From Acidothermus cellulolyticus 11B (GTDB lineage: Bacteria > Actinomycetota > Actinomycetes > Acidothermales > Acidothermaceae): a stretch of 32,000 nt of DNA. A model generated the notes under the pieces. The model saw only the letters and a program-made list of their open reading frames with translations, did not search any database and was not told the DNA's origin. Both the position numbers and the translations under genes were made by a program. Positions 1 to 8,944 of this stretch are shown here, one piece after another (position 1 is the first letter of the stretch; each line of letters starts with the position of its first letter). The stretch spans positions 930,001-962,000 of the forward strand of contig NC_008578.1 of the NCBI RefSeq assembly GCF_000015025.1, read 5' to 3'.

Positions 1-110
1 CCCAAGAGATGGTGCACTTCACGCAGGCGCAGGTTCTTCAGCAGGCCGGTGTGTCGATGCTGGCGCAGGCCAACGTCGAAACGCAGGCTGTCCTGAAGCT
101 GCTGCAGTAG
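1..110 (+). CDS. fliC: flagellin, C-terminal end (5' part lies outside the window)
   Basis: The frame from nt 3 reads QEMVHFTQAQVLQQAGVSMLAQANVETQAVLKLLQ, with TAG at 108-110. This matches the conserved flagellin C-terminal D0 helix pattern (..ILQQAG.S.LAQAN....VL.LL.). It is followed by a hairpin and then fliD-fliS. Confidence 0.8.
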   Translation, partial: QEMVHFTQAQVLQQAGVSMLAQANVETQAVLKLLQ

Positions 111-120
111 CGCACCGTTC

Positions 121-156
121 GGTGGGGCGACGACAACCCCCGGCCGTCGCCCCACC
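121..156 (+). terminator. GC-rich hairpin downstream of flagellin (probable intrinsic terminator or attenuator; no U-tract)
   Basis: GGTGGGGCGACG (121-132) and CGTCGCCCCACC (145-156) form a perfect 12-bp inverted repeat with a 12-nt loop, 11 nt after the fliC stop. Confidence 0.55.
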
Positions 157-202
157 GGCCGCTCTCGTCAGCTAGAAACGTCCAGACTTGGGAGATCGTC
201 CG

Positions 203-2197
203 GTGACAACGAGCAGCATCAGCGGCAGTAGCAGCAGCAATAGCAGCAGTGGCGTCGGCACATTTGTCAGTAGCACCGGCAGCAACAGCCGGATCGACGG
301 CCTCATCAGCGGTCTCAACACCACCGCCATCATCAACGCCATCATGCAGCAGGCTGCCCAGCCGCAGACCAATCTGAAGAACCAGCTCACCGTTGAGCAG
401 GCGAAGTTGACCGCCTACCAGGGCATCAACCAGCAGCTTGCTGCGCTGCAGAGCGCTGCCGATGCGGTGACGTCGCCCACCACCTGGCAGGCGATGGCGG
501 TCACCTCGTCGTCCGCTTCGGTGACGGCCAGTGTTTCCGCCGGTGCCCAGGCCGGCACGTTTACCTTCGACGTGACTCAGCTTGCCAGCGGTCAGACCTC
601 GGTCTCGGCCAATACTGTCTCGAGCACCTCCACGATCGTCACCACCGGTTCACCGGTCACCCTCACCGTCGGTTCCGGGAGTCCGGTCACCATCAATACC
701 GGCGACGGTTCGCTTGCGGCGGTCGCGGCCGGCATCAACAGCGCGAACCTCGGCGTCCAGGCGTCGATCGTCCAGGTAGGCACCAGCAGTTACCGGCTGC
801 AATTGTCGTCGACCTCCACCGGGGCCGATACGGCGTTCACCATCAGCGGGCTGAACGGCGGCCCACTTGGGTCCTTCAACAACACGTCAACCGCTCAAGA
901 CGCCGTCATCACCGTGGGCGCGGGCACCCCTGGGCAGTACACCATTTCGTCGCACACCAACACGTTCAATCAAGTCTTGCCTGGTTTGACCTTCACGGTC
1001 AGCCAGGTGGCCAGTGGGGTCAGTCTCACCGTCACGCCCGACGCTAGCGGCATCGCCGATAAGATCAAGGCGATGGTGGACGCCGCGAACGCCGTCCTGT
1101 CGTCGATTGATACCGCGACCGCATACGATCCCAGCAACCAGCAGGCGTCCGTTCTCACCGGGGATCTCACCGTCAATCAAATTCGTAACAGTATTCTGAG
1201 CGCGGTCAGCTCGATCGTCGGGGCGAATCAGAGTGCGACCAGTGTCGGGCTGAGCGTCACCAAGGATGGTCAGATAACCTTTGACGCCAACGCGTTCCAG
1301 GCTGCATACACCGCAAATCCGGCGGCCGCACAGTCGGCGCTCGGGCCGGGCGGCAGTTTCGCTCCCGCGCAATCGGGGCTCACCGGCACGGTGACGTTGC
1401 AGAACAGCAGCGACGCGACCGTTCCCGGCAGCTACAACGTGACCGTCACCCAGGCGGCGACCAAGGCGACCGGAACGATTGACACCAGCAGCGGACTCAC
1501 CGCCGGACAGACCATCACCGTCAGCCTGGGCGGCACCAGCATCACCTACACCGTCCAGTCGGGTGACACGGTGCAGACGGTGGTGGACGGTCTCAACGCT
1601 CTTGCCGCGCAGAATTCGCTCGGCGTGTCGGCCAGTGTCGATCCGACGAACGGGTCGCTGATTGACCTGACCGCCAACGGGTACGGCTCGGCGTACACCT
1701 TTACCAGCTCGGCAACCGGCGGCCTGGTCGCTTCCGCGGTCACCCCAGGGAAAGACGTCGCCGGCACCATCAACGGCCAGCCTGCACAAGGCGTCGGTCA
1801 GCTGCTGTACACCATGCCGGGAACGCCCGGTGTCGACGCCATCACCCTCACGGTGACCCTGACGCCCGCTGATGTCGCCGCTCTCGGCGGTGGGAGCGCG
1901 GGTACGTTCACCTACACCGCGGGCGCCGCGCAGGCGCTCGCGCGTGTCGCCGAAACGGCCACGGACCCGGTGCGAGGCAGCCTGACCAGTGTCATCAACG
2001 GAGAGAACTCCACCATCGCCGACCTCAATACCCAGATCGCGAACTGGCAGGTGGTCTTGGACACGAAGCAGGCGGCGCTCGAGGCCCAGTGGGCGTCCCT
2101 GGAGAGCCAGTTGAGCGCGCTGCAGGCGATGAGTGCGCAGCTCGGCTCGGCCATTCTCTCGTTGCAGAACCAGTCCACCAGCCGGTCGGGTGGGTGA
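203..2197 (+). CDS. fliD: flagellar filament cap protein FliD (hook-associated protein 2)
   Basis: The N-terminus has IDGLISGLNTTAIINAIMQQAAQPQTNLKNQ...KLTAYQGINQQL. The C-terminal coiled coil has IADLNTQIANWQVVLDTKQAALEAQWASLESQLSALQ. Both are typical FliD N and C domains. The ORF opens at TTG 188, but GTG 203 sits 7 nt after GGGAGA (190-195) and is the likelier start. Confidence 0.9.
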   Translation: MTTSSISGSSSSNSSSGVGTFVSSTGSNSRIDGLISGLNTTAIINAIMQQAAQPQTNLKNQLTVEQAKLTAYQGINQQLAALQSAADAVTSPTTWQAMAVTSSSASVTASVSAGAQAGTFTFDVTQLASGQTSVSANTVSSTSTIVTTGSPVTLTVGSGSPVTINTGDGSLAAVAAGINSANLGVQASIVQVGTSSYRLQLSSTSTGADTAFTISGLNGGPLGSFNNTSTAQDAVITVGAGTPGQYTISSHTNTFNQVLPGLTFTVSQVASGVSLTVTPDASGIADKIKAMVDAANAVLSSIDTATAYDPSNQQASVLTGDLTVNQIRNSILSAVSSIVGANQSATSVGLSVTKDGQITFDANAFQAAYTANPAAAQSALGPGGSFAPAQSGLTGTVTLQNSSDATVPGSYNVTVTQAATKATGTIDTSSGLTAGQTITVSLGGTSITYTVQSGDTVQTVVDGLNALAAQNSLGVSASVDPTNGSLIDLTANGYGSAYTFTSSATGGLVASAVTPGKDVAGTINGQPAQGVGQLLYTMPGTPGVDAITLTVTLTPADVAALGGGSAGTFTYTAGAAQALARVAETATDPVRGSLTSVINGENSTIADLNTQIANWQVVLDTKQAALEAQWASLESQLSALQAMSAQLGSAILSLQNQSTSRSGG

Positions 2198-2202
2198 GCG
2201 GC

Positions 2203-2616
2203 ATGAATGCGCAAGCCCGGTACCTGGCCGCCTCGGTTGCGACCGCCACCCCCGCGCGGCTGGTCGTCATGCTGTACGACCGGTTGGTGTTGGACATCAT
2301 TCAAGGCAGGGACGCGCTCGCCGAACACCGCTTCGCGGATGCTGACGCACACCTCCGTCATGCGCAAGACATTGTCTTCGAACTTCGCAAAGGCCTTCGA
2401 CTTGACGTGTGGGAGGGTGCAGCGCAGCTCGCCAGCATTTACGTCTGGCTCATCAAGGAGTTGATCGGCGCGAATATCTCACGCGATGCCGCCAGGGCCG
2501 ACGCCTGCCGGCGGCTTGTCGAACCGCTGCGGGACGCTTGGCGGCAGGCGGCGGAGACGGTCGGAGCCCACGATTCCATGGGCGCATCAGCGGTACCGAT
2601 TGCGAGGGCGGGCTGA
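2203..2616 (+). CDS. fliS: flagellin-specific export chaperone FliS
   Basis: MNAQARYLAASVATATPARLVVMLYDRLVLDI... matches the FliS N-terminal signature (..Y....v.tAsP..Lv.mLYd......). ATG 2203 lies 5 nt after the fliD stop. The track's upstream extension to 2089 overlaps fliD and is rejected. Confidence 0.9.
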   Translation: MNAQARYLAASVATATPARLVVMLYDRLVLDIIQGRDALAEHRFADADAHLRHAQDIVFELRKGLRLDVWEGAAQLASIYVWLIKELIGANISRDAARADACRRLVEPLRDAWRQAAETVGAHDSMGASAVPIARAG

Positions 2617-2922
2617 ATGCACGATCGCTGGTATGCCGCGCTCGAGGCGTTCGGGCAGGCGCTGCTTGACCTCGAAAACGCCATCGAGAGCGATCCACGT
2701 ACGATTCCGCCGTTCACGTATCGCTTCCCGGCCGATCTGGGGCCGTTACCGTACGAGCTCGGCCAGATCGCCGAATCCCTCTACGCGCGGGCAATGGAGC
2801 TCCAAGAAAGAATTCGTGCGATGCAGGGCCTGGTCCGCGCCGAGCACGCTGCAGTGCTTCGCGCGCGTCGAGCCACCAAGCCGGACCAGCCAGCCCCGCA
2901 CTACGTCGACATCCAGAGCTGA
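2617..2922 (+). CDS. hypothetical protein (101 aa), abutting fliS; candidate flagellar accessory or chaperone protein
   Basis: ATG 2617 directly follows the fliS TGA (2614-2616). Third-position GC is high along the whole ORF. Helix-like segments flank a PPFTYRFPADLGPLPYELG motif. I recognise no family. Confidence 0.6.
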   Translation: MHDRWYAALEAFGQALLDLENAIESDPRTIPPFTYRFPADLGPLPYELGQIAESLYARAMELQERIRAMQGLVRAEHAAVLRARRATKPDQPAPHYVDIQS

Positions 2923-3182
2923 ATCACGCCCGATCCGAGTTCCGCCGCCGGTCCGCTCGCCGGTCACTGCTGTCGCCGTTCGGTGCCTCCTTGCACACCG
3001 AGCGGTTCAGGCCACGTTCCGGCCTGGTGCGTCTCGCTCCCTCATCCGGCCTGTTACTCCGTCCGTGTGATGCTCCGGAAAATTCCCTAGCTCCGGCGGT
3101 GTCGTGCCGAACGGAACGGCGAGCACGGACTGCTCGGCCTTCGCCACGGATGGGCGATTGCTCAAGGTGCGAAAGGCGTACC
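2923..3182 (+). promoter_or_regulatory. 260-nt non-coding gap upstream of flgB; probable promoter/leader of the flgB-to-flgE block (no motif called)
   Basis: This is the only long gap inside the first 13.5 kb of the cluster. All frames here give Arg/Pro/Ser-rich junk. I could not place a convincing -35/-10 or sigma-28-type motif. Confidence 0.3.
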
Positions 3183-3527
3183 GTGTTCGACGACCTGACT
3201 ACGCAGGCGCTGGAAGTCTCAATCGCCGGTCTCTCGGCCCGCCAACGTGCCCTCGCAGACAACGTCGCGAACATCGACACTCCGAATTTTCTTGCCAAGC
3301 GGGTCGTCTTTGAAGACAGTCTCAAGGCCGCGATCGCGTCGGGTGATCCGGGCGCCGCGCAGATCACGACGCTGACCTCCTTGGAGCCGACCAACACCAA
3401 CGGCAACAACGTCAACCTCGACGAGGAGACCGTCTCGGCCATTGACACGGGCTTGAAATACCAGACCGACATTGAAGCGCTGACGGCAAAATATCAACTC
3501 CTCAAGACAGCGATCGGCTCTCCCTGA
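3183..3527 (+). CDS. flgB: flagellar proximal rod protein FlgB
   Basis: VFDDLTTQALEVSIAGLSARQRALADNVANIDTPNFLAKRVVFEDSL matches the FlgB N-terminal pattern (..R..v.a.NiAN.dTPg...). GTG 3183 is preceded by GAAAGG (3171-3176). The track's extension to 2991 is Arg-rich junk. Confidence 0.85.
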   Translation: MFDDLTTQALEVSIAGLSARQRALADNVANIDTPNFLAKRVVFEDSLKAAIASGDPGAAQITTLTSLEPTNTNGNNVNLDEETVSAIDTGLKYQTDIEALTAKYQLLKTAIGSP

Positions 3528-3550
3528 CCATTGAGGTGGCGGTGACCTAG

Positions 3551-3943
3551 ATGACGCAATTGTTCGACACGATCGGAATTTCCGGTACGGCCCTCACGGT
3601 GAACCGCAAGTGGATGGACGCCATCGCGGACAACGTGAGCAACGCCAACGACGTCGTTCCCGGCGACCAGCCGGTCTTTGCGCCCCGGTACGTCCAGGTG
3701 CAGGCGGCGCCTGGCGGCGGCGTCGAGGTCGTCGCCATTCGCTACGGATCAAGCGCCGGCATCGAGTCTTATGACCCGACGAATCCGCAAGCCGACGCCC
3801 GCGGCTACGTCCGGCATGCCGACGTCGACATGACATCGCAGATGACCCAGATGATTATGGCACAACGCAGTTACGAGGCGAATCTGGCGATTATGACCCG
3901 CGCTACTGACGCGTACAAGCAGGCTTTGCAGCTCGGGAAATAA
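3551..3943 (+). CDS. flgC: flagellar proximal rod protein FlgC
   Basis: The N-terminus is MTQLFDTIGISGTALTVNRKWMDAIADNVSNAN. The C-terminus is VDMTSQMTQMIMAQRSYEANLAIMTRATDAYKQALQLGK. These are the canonical FlgC termini. GAGGTGG lies upstream. Confidence 0.9.
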   Translation: MTQLFDTIGISGTALTVNRKWMDAIADNVSNANDVVPGDQPVFAPRYVQVQAAPGGGVEVVAIRYGSSAGIESYDPTNPQADARGYVRHADVDMTSQMTQMIMAQRSYEANLAIMTRATDAYKQALQLGK

Positions 3944-3992
3944 GACGCCAACCATGGCAGGCATGTGCACGACTGAGGAGAGGTGAGCATCG

Positions 3993-4301
3993 GTGGTTCC
4001 GTCGATCTCCCCACTGCCTGCGGTATCCGGCGCGGCGGCGCTTACCGGATCCTCCGCTGCCGCGAGTACGCAGGCCAATGCCGGCGACTTCGGCACGGCG
4101 TTGACCCGTGGCATCGACGCGTTGCAGCAGCTCCAGGCACATGCCGACGACCTCGCAACTCAAGCAGCCACCGGGTCGCTTGCCGACATCACGTCGTACA
4201 TGATTGCAAGCAATGAGGCGGCGATCGCGACGGAACTCACCACGGCTGTCCGCGACAAGGCCATCGCCGCGTTCACCAGCATCATGAACATGCAGATGTA
4301 G
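3993..4301 (+). CDS. fliE: flagellar hook-basal body complex protein FliE
   Basis: DFGTALTRGIDALQQLQAHADDLATQAATGSLADITSYMIASNEAAIATELTTAVRDKAIAAFTSIMNMQM is a typical FliE C-terminal domain. GTG 3993 lies downstream of GAGGAGAGG (3975-3983). Confidence 0.85.
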   Translation: MVPSISPLPAVSGAAALTGSSAAASTQANAGDFGTALTRGIDALQQLQAHADDLATQAATGSLADITSYMIASNEAAIATELTTAVRDKAIAAFTSIMNMQM

Positions 4302-4310
4302 TGGGGTGCC

Positions 4311-5912
4311 GTGAACGTCCGCGCCATACTTGACAGGATCCGCGCCGTCTTCGGCGAATTCACCGCCGGGCAGAAGATGGTGACCGCGCTCATCGTGCTT
4401 GCGCTGGTGATTGGCGCCGTGCTCTTTCGCAGTTGGGCGGCAAAACCCAGCTATGCGCCGCTCTTCTCAAATCTTGCCGCATCCGACGCCGCAGCGATTA
4501 CCGACAAGTTGAACTCTCTGAAGGAACCGTACCGGCTTGCCGACGGCGGCAGCACCATTCTCGTCCCGCAGAAAGACGTCTACCAGCTGCGCCTGGACAT
4601 GGCAAAGGCGAATTTGCCGGCAAGCAGCCAGAGTGGCTTCAGCCTGCTCGACAAAGGCGGAATCACCACCTCGGAATTCCAGCAGAATGTCGCTTACCAG
4701 CAGGCCTTGGAGAGCGAGCTGGCCAAGACGATCGAAGCGATCAATGGCGTTCAGTCGGCGATAGTCAACATCGTGCTGCCACAGACGGACGTCTTTACCC
4801 AAGATTCGAGCAAGCCGACGGCGTCCGTTCTGGTGACCACGCAGCCGTCAAGCACTCTGACGCCGGAGCAGGTGCAGGCCATCGTTCACCTGGTGGCGTC
4901 GAGCGTTGAGGGTCTGAACCCTGCCGATGTCACGGTGGCGGACTCTCAGGGTCACGTCCTTTCCGCTCCCGGCATGGACGGCCAGCTTTCGGCAGCCAGT
5001 ACCCTTCAGGACCAGCAGACGGCCGCATACGAGCAGCGCGTCGCCCAGGCCGTTCAGAACCTGCTGCAACCCCTCGTCGGTCCGGGGCATGTCGTCGTCC
5101 AGGTGAATGCCGCACTGAATTTCGACACGAAGAGCACAACCTCGGAGACCTACCTTCAACCGAGTCCGGGCACGACGCCGATTCCGCTCTCCCAGAGCTG
5201 GAGCTACGAGACCTATAGCGGGACCAACCAGGCGGCGACCGGAATCCTGGGCCCCGACAATATCGCCGTGCCGACACCGTCGCCGAGTCCGGGTACGTAC
5301 CAGAGTCAGAGTGCGACGGTGGACAACGCCATTGGCCGGGTGGTTGAAGAGGTCAAGACGGCTCCCGGATCGGTGGAACGGCTCTCTGTCGCCGTCCTGC
5401 TCGATTCCGCCGCGGCGAAGAACGTCAACCTCACGGACGTCAAGAACCTGGTGACAAGCGCGGCAGGCGTGCAGACATCGCGCGGTGACAGCGTGTCGGT
5501 GGCGACGATGCCGTTTGACACGTCGCAACAAGCGGCGGAGAAGAAAGCGCTTGCGGCCGCGCAGAAGGCGCAGAGCATGAACAAGCTCGTGGGATATGCG
5601 AAGGACGCTGTCATCGCGCTGATCGTCCTCGGCATCATCTTCTTCTTCCTGCGCCGGGCGAAGAAGGCCGCCGAGGTCTCCCCGATCCTCTCACTCGCCG
5701 AACGCGTTGAACTTGAAGAGGCACGGCGTCGGGCGGCCCTGGGCGGCGGCGACGGTGCGGAGCGCAAGGAAATTCCGAGCGGCCAGAAGCCCGCCGACCG
5801 GCTGGAAATCACGACGCCGCTTGCCGCGGAGATTGGTGAGCTGGTCGAGCGACAGCCCGAGGAGGTCGCCCAGCTGCTGCGCGGGTGGCTTGCTGACCGG
5901 AGGAGCTCGTGA
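4311..5912 (+). CDS. fliF: flagellar MS-ring protein FliF
   Basis: An N-terminal TM segment is followed by KPSYAPLFSNLAASDAAAITDKLNSLKEPYRLADGGSTILVPQKDVYQLRLDMAKANLP, the YscJ/FliF signature. There is a second TM near the C-terminus (VIALIVLGIIFFFL) and a C-terminal FliG-binding tail. Confidence 0.95.
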   Translation: MNVRAILDRIRAVFGEFTAGQKMVTALIVLALVIGAVLFRSWAAKPSYAPLFSNLAASDAAAITDKLNSLKEPYRLADGGSTILVPQKDVYQLRLDMAKANLPASSQSGFSLLDKGGITTSEFQQNVAYQQALESELAKTIEAINGVQSAIVNIVLPQTDVFTQDSSKPTASVLVTTQPSSTLTPEQVQAIVHLVASSVEGLNPADVTVADSQGHVLSAPGMDGQLSAASTLQDQQTAAYEQRVAQAVQNLLQPLVGPGHVVVQVNAALNFDTKSTTSETYLQPSPGTTPIPLSQSWSYETYSGTNQAATGILGPDNIAVPTPSPSPGTYQSQSATVDNAIGRVVEEVKTAPGSVERLSVAVLLDSAAAKNVNLTDVKNLVTSAAGVQTSRGDSVSVATMPFDTSQQAAEKKALAAAQKAQSMNKLVGYAKDAVIALIVLGIIFFFLRRAKKAAEVSPILSLAERVELEEARRRAALGGGDGAERKEIPSGQKPADRLEITTPLAAEIGELVERQPEEVAQLLRGWLADRRSS

Positions 5913-6916
5913 GCGACGTACCCGGGCTGCGCAAAGCTGCCGTGCTCATGGTGCAGCTCGGAAAGGAGCGCTCGGCACGGGTCCTGGCCAAGATGCGGGA
6001 GTCGGAGGTTGAGGCGATTACGGCGGAAATCGCCCAGCTCGACTCGATCGATCCGAGTCTCGCCGACCGGGTCGTCGCGGAATTCCAGGAAATGGCGCTG
6101 GCGCACCGGTACTACAACCGCGGCGGGTTGGCGCTCGCCCGGGAAATTCTCGAGGCGAGCCTCGGTGTCGAGAAGGCCCGCTCCATCATCGAGCGGCTCC
6201 AGGCGACGCTGACCGAAATGCCGTTCCAATTCCTCCGGCAAGTGGACGCGCGGCAGATCGTGAACTTTCTCCAGGAGGAGCATCCGCAGACCATTGCGCT
6301 GGTCATCTCCCACATGGGACCCGAGCAGGCGGCCACGGTCATGAGCGGTTTTGCGCCGGAACTGCAGGCGGAGGTGGCCCACCGGATCGCGATTATGTCC
6401 CGGGTGTCGCCGGCAATCGTCCGCCTGGTCGAGAGCGTCTTCGAGAAGAAACTGGCCACGCTGCTCACCCAGGCCGGTGAGTCGACGACGGTCGGCGGCC
6501 TGCAACCGCTTGTCGACATCATCAACCGCTCCGACCGGGCGACGGAGAAACTCATTCTGGAGGCTCTCGAAGAGCGCGACCGCGAACTCGCCGAGCAGGT
6601 CCGCGCCCAGATGTTCATGTTCGAAGACATTGTGAATCTCGACGACCGTGCCGTGCAGCGCGTGCTGCGCGACGTCGAGGCGAACGTGCTGGCCACCGCC
6701 CTCAAGGGTGTCCGGGAAGAAGTGAAAGAAAAGATATTCCGCAACATGTCAGAGCGCGCGGGGGAGAACCTCAAGGAAGAAATATCCTTGCTCGGCCCGG
6801 TACGGCTCAAGGCGGTCGAAGAAGCACAGGCGAAGATTATCCACACGATCCGCCAGCTCGAGGAGGCCGGGGAAATCGTCATTCACCGAGGATCGGATGA
6901 TGAGTTCATCGAGTAG
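5909..6916 (+). CDS. fliG: flagellar motor switch/rotor protein FliG
   Basis: RKAAVLMVQLGKERSARVLAKMRESEVEAITAEIAQL plus a C-terminal torque-helix region (VLATALKGVREEVKEKIFRNMSERAGENLKEE). There is a GTGA overlap with fliF at 5909-5912. Confidence 0.95.
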   Translation: MSDVPGLRKAAVLMVQLGKERSARVLAKMRESEVEAITAEIAQLDSIDPSLADRVVAEFQEMALAHRYYNRGGLALAREILEASLGVEKARSIIERLQATLTEMPFQFLRQVDARQIVNFLQEEHPQTIALVISHMGPEQAATVMSGFAPELQAEVAHRIAIMSRVSPAIVRLVESVFEKKLATLLTQAGESTTVGGLQPLVDIINRSDRATEKLILEALEERDRELAEQVRAQMFMFEDIVNLDDRAVQRVLRDVEANVLATALKGVREEVKEKIFRNMSERAGENLKEEISLLGPVRLKAVEEAQAKIIHTIRQLEEAGEIVIHRGSDDEFIE

Positions 6917-7628
6917 ACCCGCCACGGTGCTGCGCGGCGCGGCCGCGGTCCGTCCGGCGCGGCTGGACAGCGACCTCCTGGCAGCCGCGCAATCCGGCTT
7001 GCGCCGGGCGGATCCGCGGTTGGTGGACCCGGAATTGGCCCGGGCTTTCGCGGCGGCGGTGCAGGAGGCGCGGGAGCAGGCGCGCCGCGACGGATACGCC
7101 GACGGCTACGCCGACGGCGAGCGTGCCGCACACGCCGATGCTGAACACGTTCTTGAGCAGCGGGTCGCCGCGGTGTCGGCTCAACTCGCGGAGCGCCGAC
7201 GCGACCTCGAGCAGGCGATTTCGGCACTCGAGCAGGCACGGGCGGAATTCGCCGCCCGACAGGTGACAGAACTGGCCGGGCTGGAGGACATTATCGTCCG
7301 GCACGCGTACCGTCTCGCGGAAACTCTCCTTGGCCGTGAGCTTGCGCTCGCCGATGCGCCGGTGCTGGAAGCAGTGCGCCGCGCCCTTGTCATCCTTCCC
7401 GCTGACGTTCCGGCTATTGTCCGTTGCCATCCAGACGATCTCGCCGTCATTCACGGCTCATCGGCGTTGACGGCGTCGCATCGGCTGGTCATCGAAGCCG
7501 ATCCAACGGTTGAGCGCGGTTCGTGCGTTGTCGACGCAGGCGCGACCCACGTTGACGCATCGCTTGACCGCGCGCTGGCGCGGGTACGGCGCGTCCTGGG
7601 TCTCGAGACCGAGGAGAGTGCGTCATGA
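6897..7628 (+). CDS. fliH: flagellar export ATPase regulator FliH
   Basis: The position between fliG and fliI fits FliH. The protein has a GYADGYADG (GxxxG-type) repeat, a charged Ala/Glu/Arg-rich coiled coil, and a C-terminal ..ERGSCVVDAGATHVDASLDRAL.. motif typical of FliH. The start (ATG 6897 or 6900) overlaps the fliG end. Confidence 0.8.
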   Translation: MMSSSSRPATVLRGAAAVRPARLDSDLLAAAQSGLRRADPRLVDPELARAFAAAVQEAREQARRDGYADGYADGERAAHADAEHVLEQRVAAVSAQLAERRRDLEQAISALEQARAEFAARQVTELAGLEDIIVRHAYRLAETLLGRELALADAPVLEAVRRALVILPADVPAIVRCHPDDLAVIHGSSALTASHRLVIEADPTVERGSCVVDAGATHVDASLDRALARVRRVLGLETEESAS

Positions 7629-8944
7629 GCGTCGGCCTGGTCTCACCATCTTTTGTGCGCCGGTGGGAGAATGCGCTCGCTGCCGCGCGGCCGAGCGTGC
7701 ACGGCAGAGTGACCGGCATTGTCGGATTGAGCATCACGGCTGCGGGCATTCGAGCGGCCATCGGCGACGTCGTCATTGTCGAGGGCAGGCAACCCACGCT
7801 GGCTGAAGTTGTCGCGCTGCACGATGAGTCACTGGCCTGCATGCCGCTGGGCGACGTCAGCGGCGTGGCGGTCGGCGCGCTGGTGACGCCGACCGGCGGT
7901 CCGCTCACCGTTCCGGTCGGTGACGCGCTCCTGGGCCGAGTGCTCGATGGTCTCGGCCGGCCGATTGACGGCAAGGGGGAGTTGCGCGACACCATCCGGG
8001 TCGGACTTGACGCGACGCCGCCGCATCCGTTGCGCCGCACCCGGATCAGCGAGCAGTTGTCTCTTGGTGTTCGCGTGCTCGACACCATGACACCGTGCGG
8101 CCGCGGCCAGCGGCTCGGCATATTTGCCGGATCCGGCGTCGGGAAATCCTCCCTCCTCTCGATGATTGCCCGGGGCACCGAGGCGGATGTCTCGGTCATC
8201 GCTCTGGTCGGCGAGCGAGGCCGGGAGGTGCGTGAATTCCTGGAGAACGACCTTGGCGAGGAAGGACTGGCGCGATCGGTCGTAGTGGTCGCCACGTCGG
8301 ACGAGCCGGCGTTGCTGCGGTTGCGCGCCGCCTTCGTCGCGACCCGCATCGCCGAGTGGTTCCGGGACCTCGGGCGTCATGTGATTCTCATGATGGACAG
8401 CATCACGCGCTTTGCGATGGCCCAGCGGGAAATCGGCCTCTCCGTCGGTGAACCCGCCGCGACCCGCGGCTATCCTCCGTCGGTCTTTGCCCTGCTGCCC
8501 AAACTGCTGGAACGAGCCGGCGCCGGCGAACACGGCAGCATCACCGGCCTGTACACCGTACTCGTCGAAGGCGATGACATGAACGAGCCGATCGCGGACA
8601 CGGCGCGGTCCATCCTCGACGGGCACGTCACACTGAGCCGGCGGCTTGCGACGTCCGGCCACTATCCCGCGGTCGACGTGCTGGAATCCATCTCCCGACT
8701 GACCGGTGCGATCACGACCGCCCAGCAGCGCGACGACGCCACATTCCTCCGGCGCATTCTGGCTGCGCATCGCGACGCCCGTGAACTCATCGACATCGGT
8801 GCGTACGTGCCGGGCTCGAATCCCGATGTGGACACCGCGCTCCGGTTGCAGCCACGGATTACCGACTTTCTGCGGCAGGACATTCGGGCCGTCACGCCTG
8901 CGGACCAGGCGTGGCGCTGGTTGCACGACATTGTGACAGCATGA
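7625..8944 (+). CDS. fliI: flagellum-specific type III export ATPase FliI
   Basis: Walker A GSGVGKSSLL, Walker B ILMMDSITRFA, and F1-ATPase beta-like ordering. There is an ATGA overlap with fliH. Confidence 0.95.
   Translation: MSVGLVSPSFVRRWENALAAARPSVHGRVTGIVGLSITAAGIRAAIGDVVIVEGRQPTLAEVVALHDESLACMPLGDVSGVAVGALVTPTGGPLTVPVGDALLGRVLDGLGRPIDGKGELRDTIRVGLDATPPHPLRRTRISEQLSLGVRVLDTMTPCGRGQRLGIFAGSGVGKSSLLSMIARGTEADVSVIALVGERGREVREFLENDLGEEGLARSVVVVATSDEPALLRLRAAFVATRIAEWFRDLGRHVILMMDSITRFAMAQREIGLSVGEPAATRGYPPSVFALLPKLLERAGAGEHGSITGLYTVLVEGDDMNEPIADTARSILDGHVTLSRRLATSGHYPAVDVLESISRLTGAITTAQQRDDATFLRRILAAHRDARELIDIGAYVPGSNPDVDTALRLQPRITDFLRQDIRAVTPADQAWRWLHDIVTA

Noticed and set aside
2089-2202. 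Upstream extensions of ORF-track entries: fliS from 2089, flgB from 2991, fliJ from 8911, fliQ from 18881, flhA from 21069, PilZ from 24273, DUF3145 from 28666
   Set aside because: Each extension overlaps the preceding gene or runs through non-coding sequence. Each translates to Arg/Pro/Cys-rich low-GC3 sequence and adds residues upstream of where the family N-terminus normally begins. Internal starts with SD-like sequences or 4-nt stop/start overlaps fit better.
3079-3113. Possible sigma-28/WhiG-type promoter upstream of flgB (GCCGAACG at 3106-3113 as a -10-like element)
   Set aside because: No acceptable TAAA-like -35 lies at the required ~15-nt spacing. The nearest A-rich element, at 3079-3082, is 23 nt away. 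The evidence is too weak to call.
5306-6505. 399-aa minus-strand ORF. Similar long minus-strand ORFs lie at 7829-9034, 12134-13543, 887-1789 and 29252-30487.
   Set aside because: All are antisense to confidently identified genes (fliF/fliG, fliI, flgE, fliD, terC). Their composition is Arg/His/Gly-rich junk. They are high-GC artefacts.
7081-7125. Tandem GGATACGCCGAC/GGCTACGCCGAC repeat in fliH (GYADGYADG)
   Set aside because: This corresponds to the GxxxG/AxxxG repeat segment that is a normal feature of FliH proteins. It is not an anomaly.
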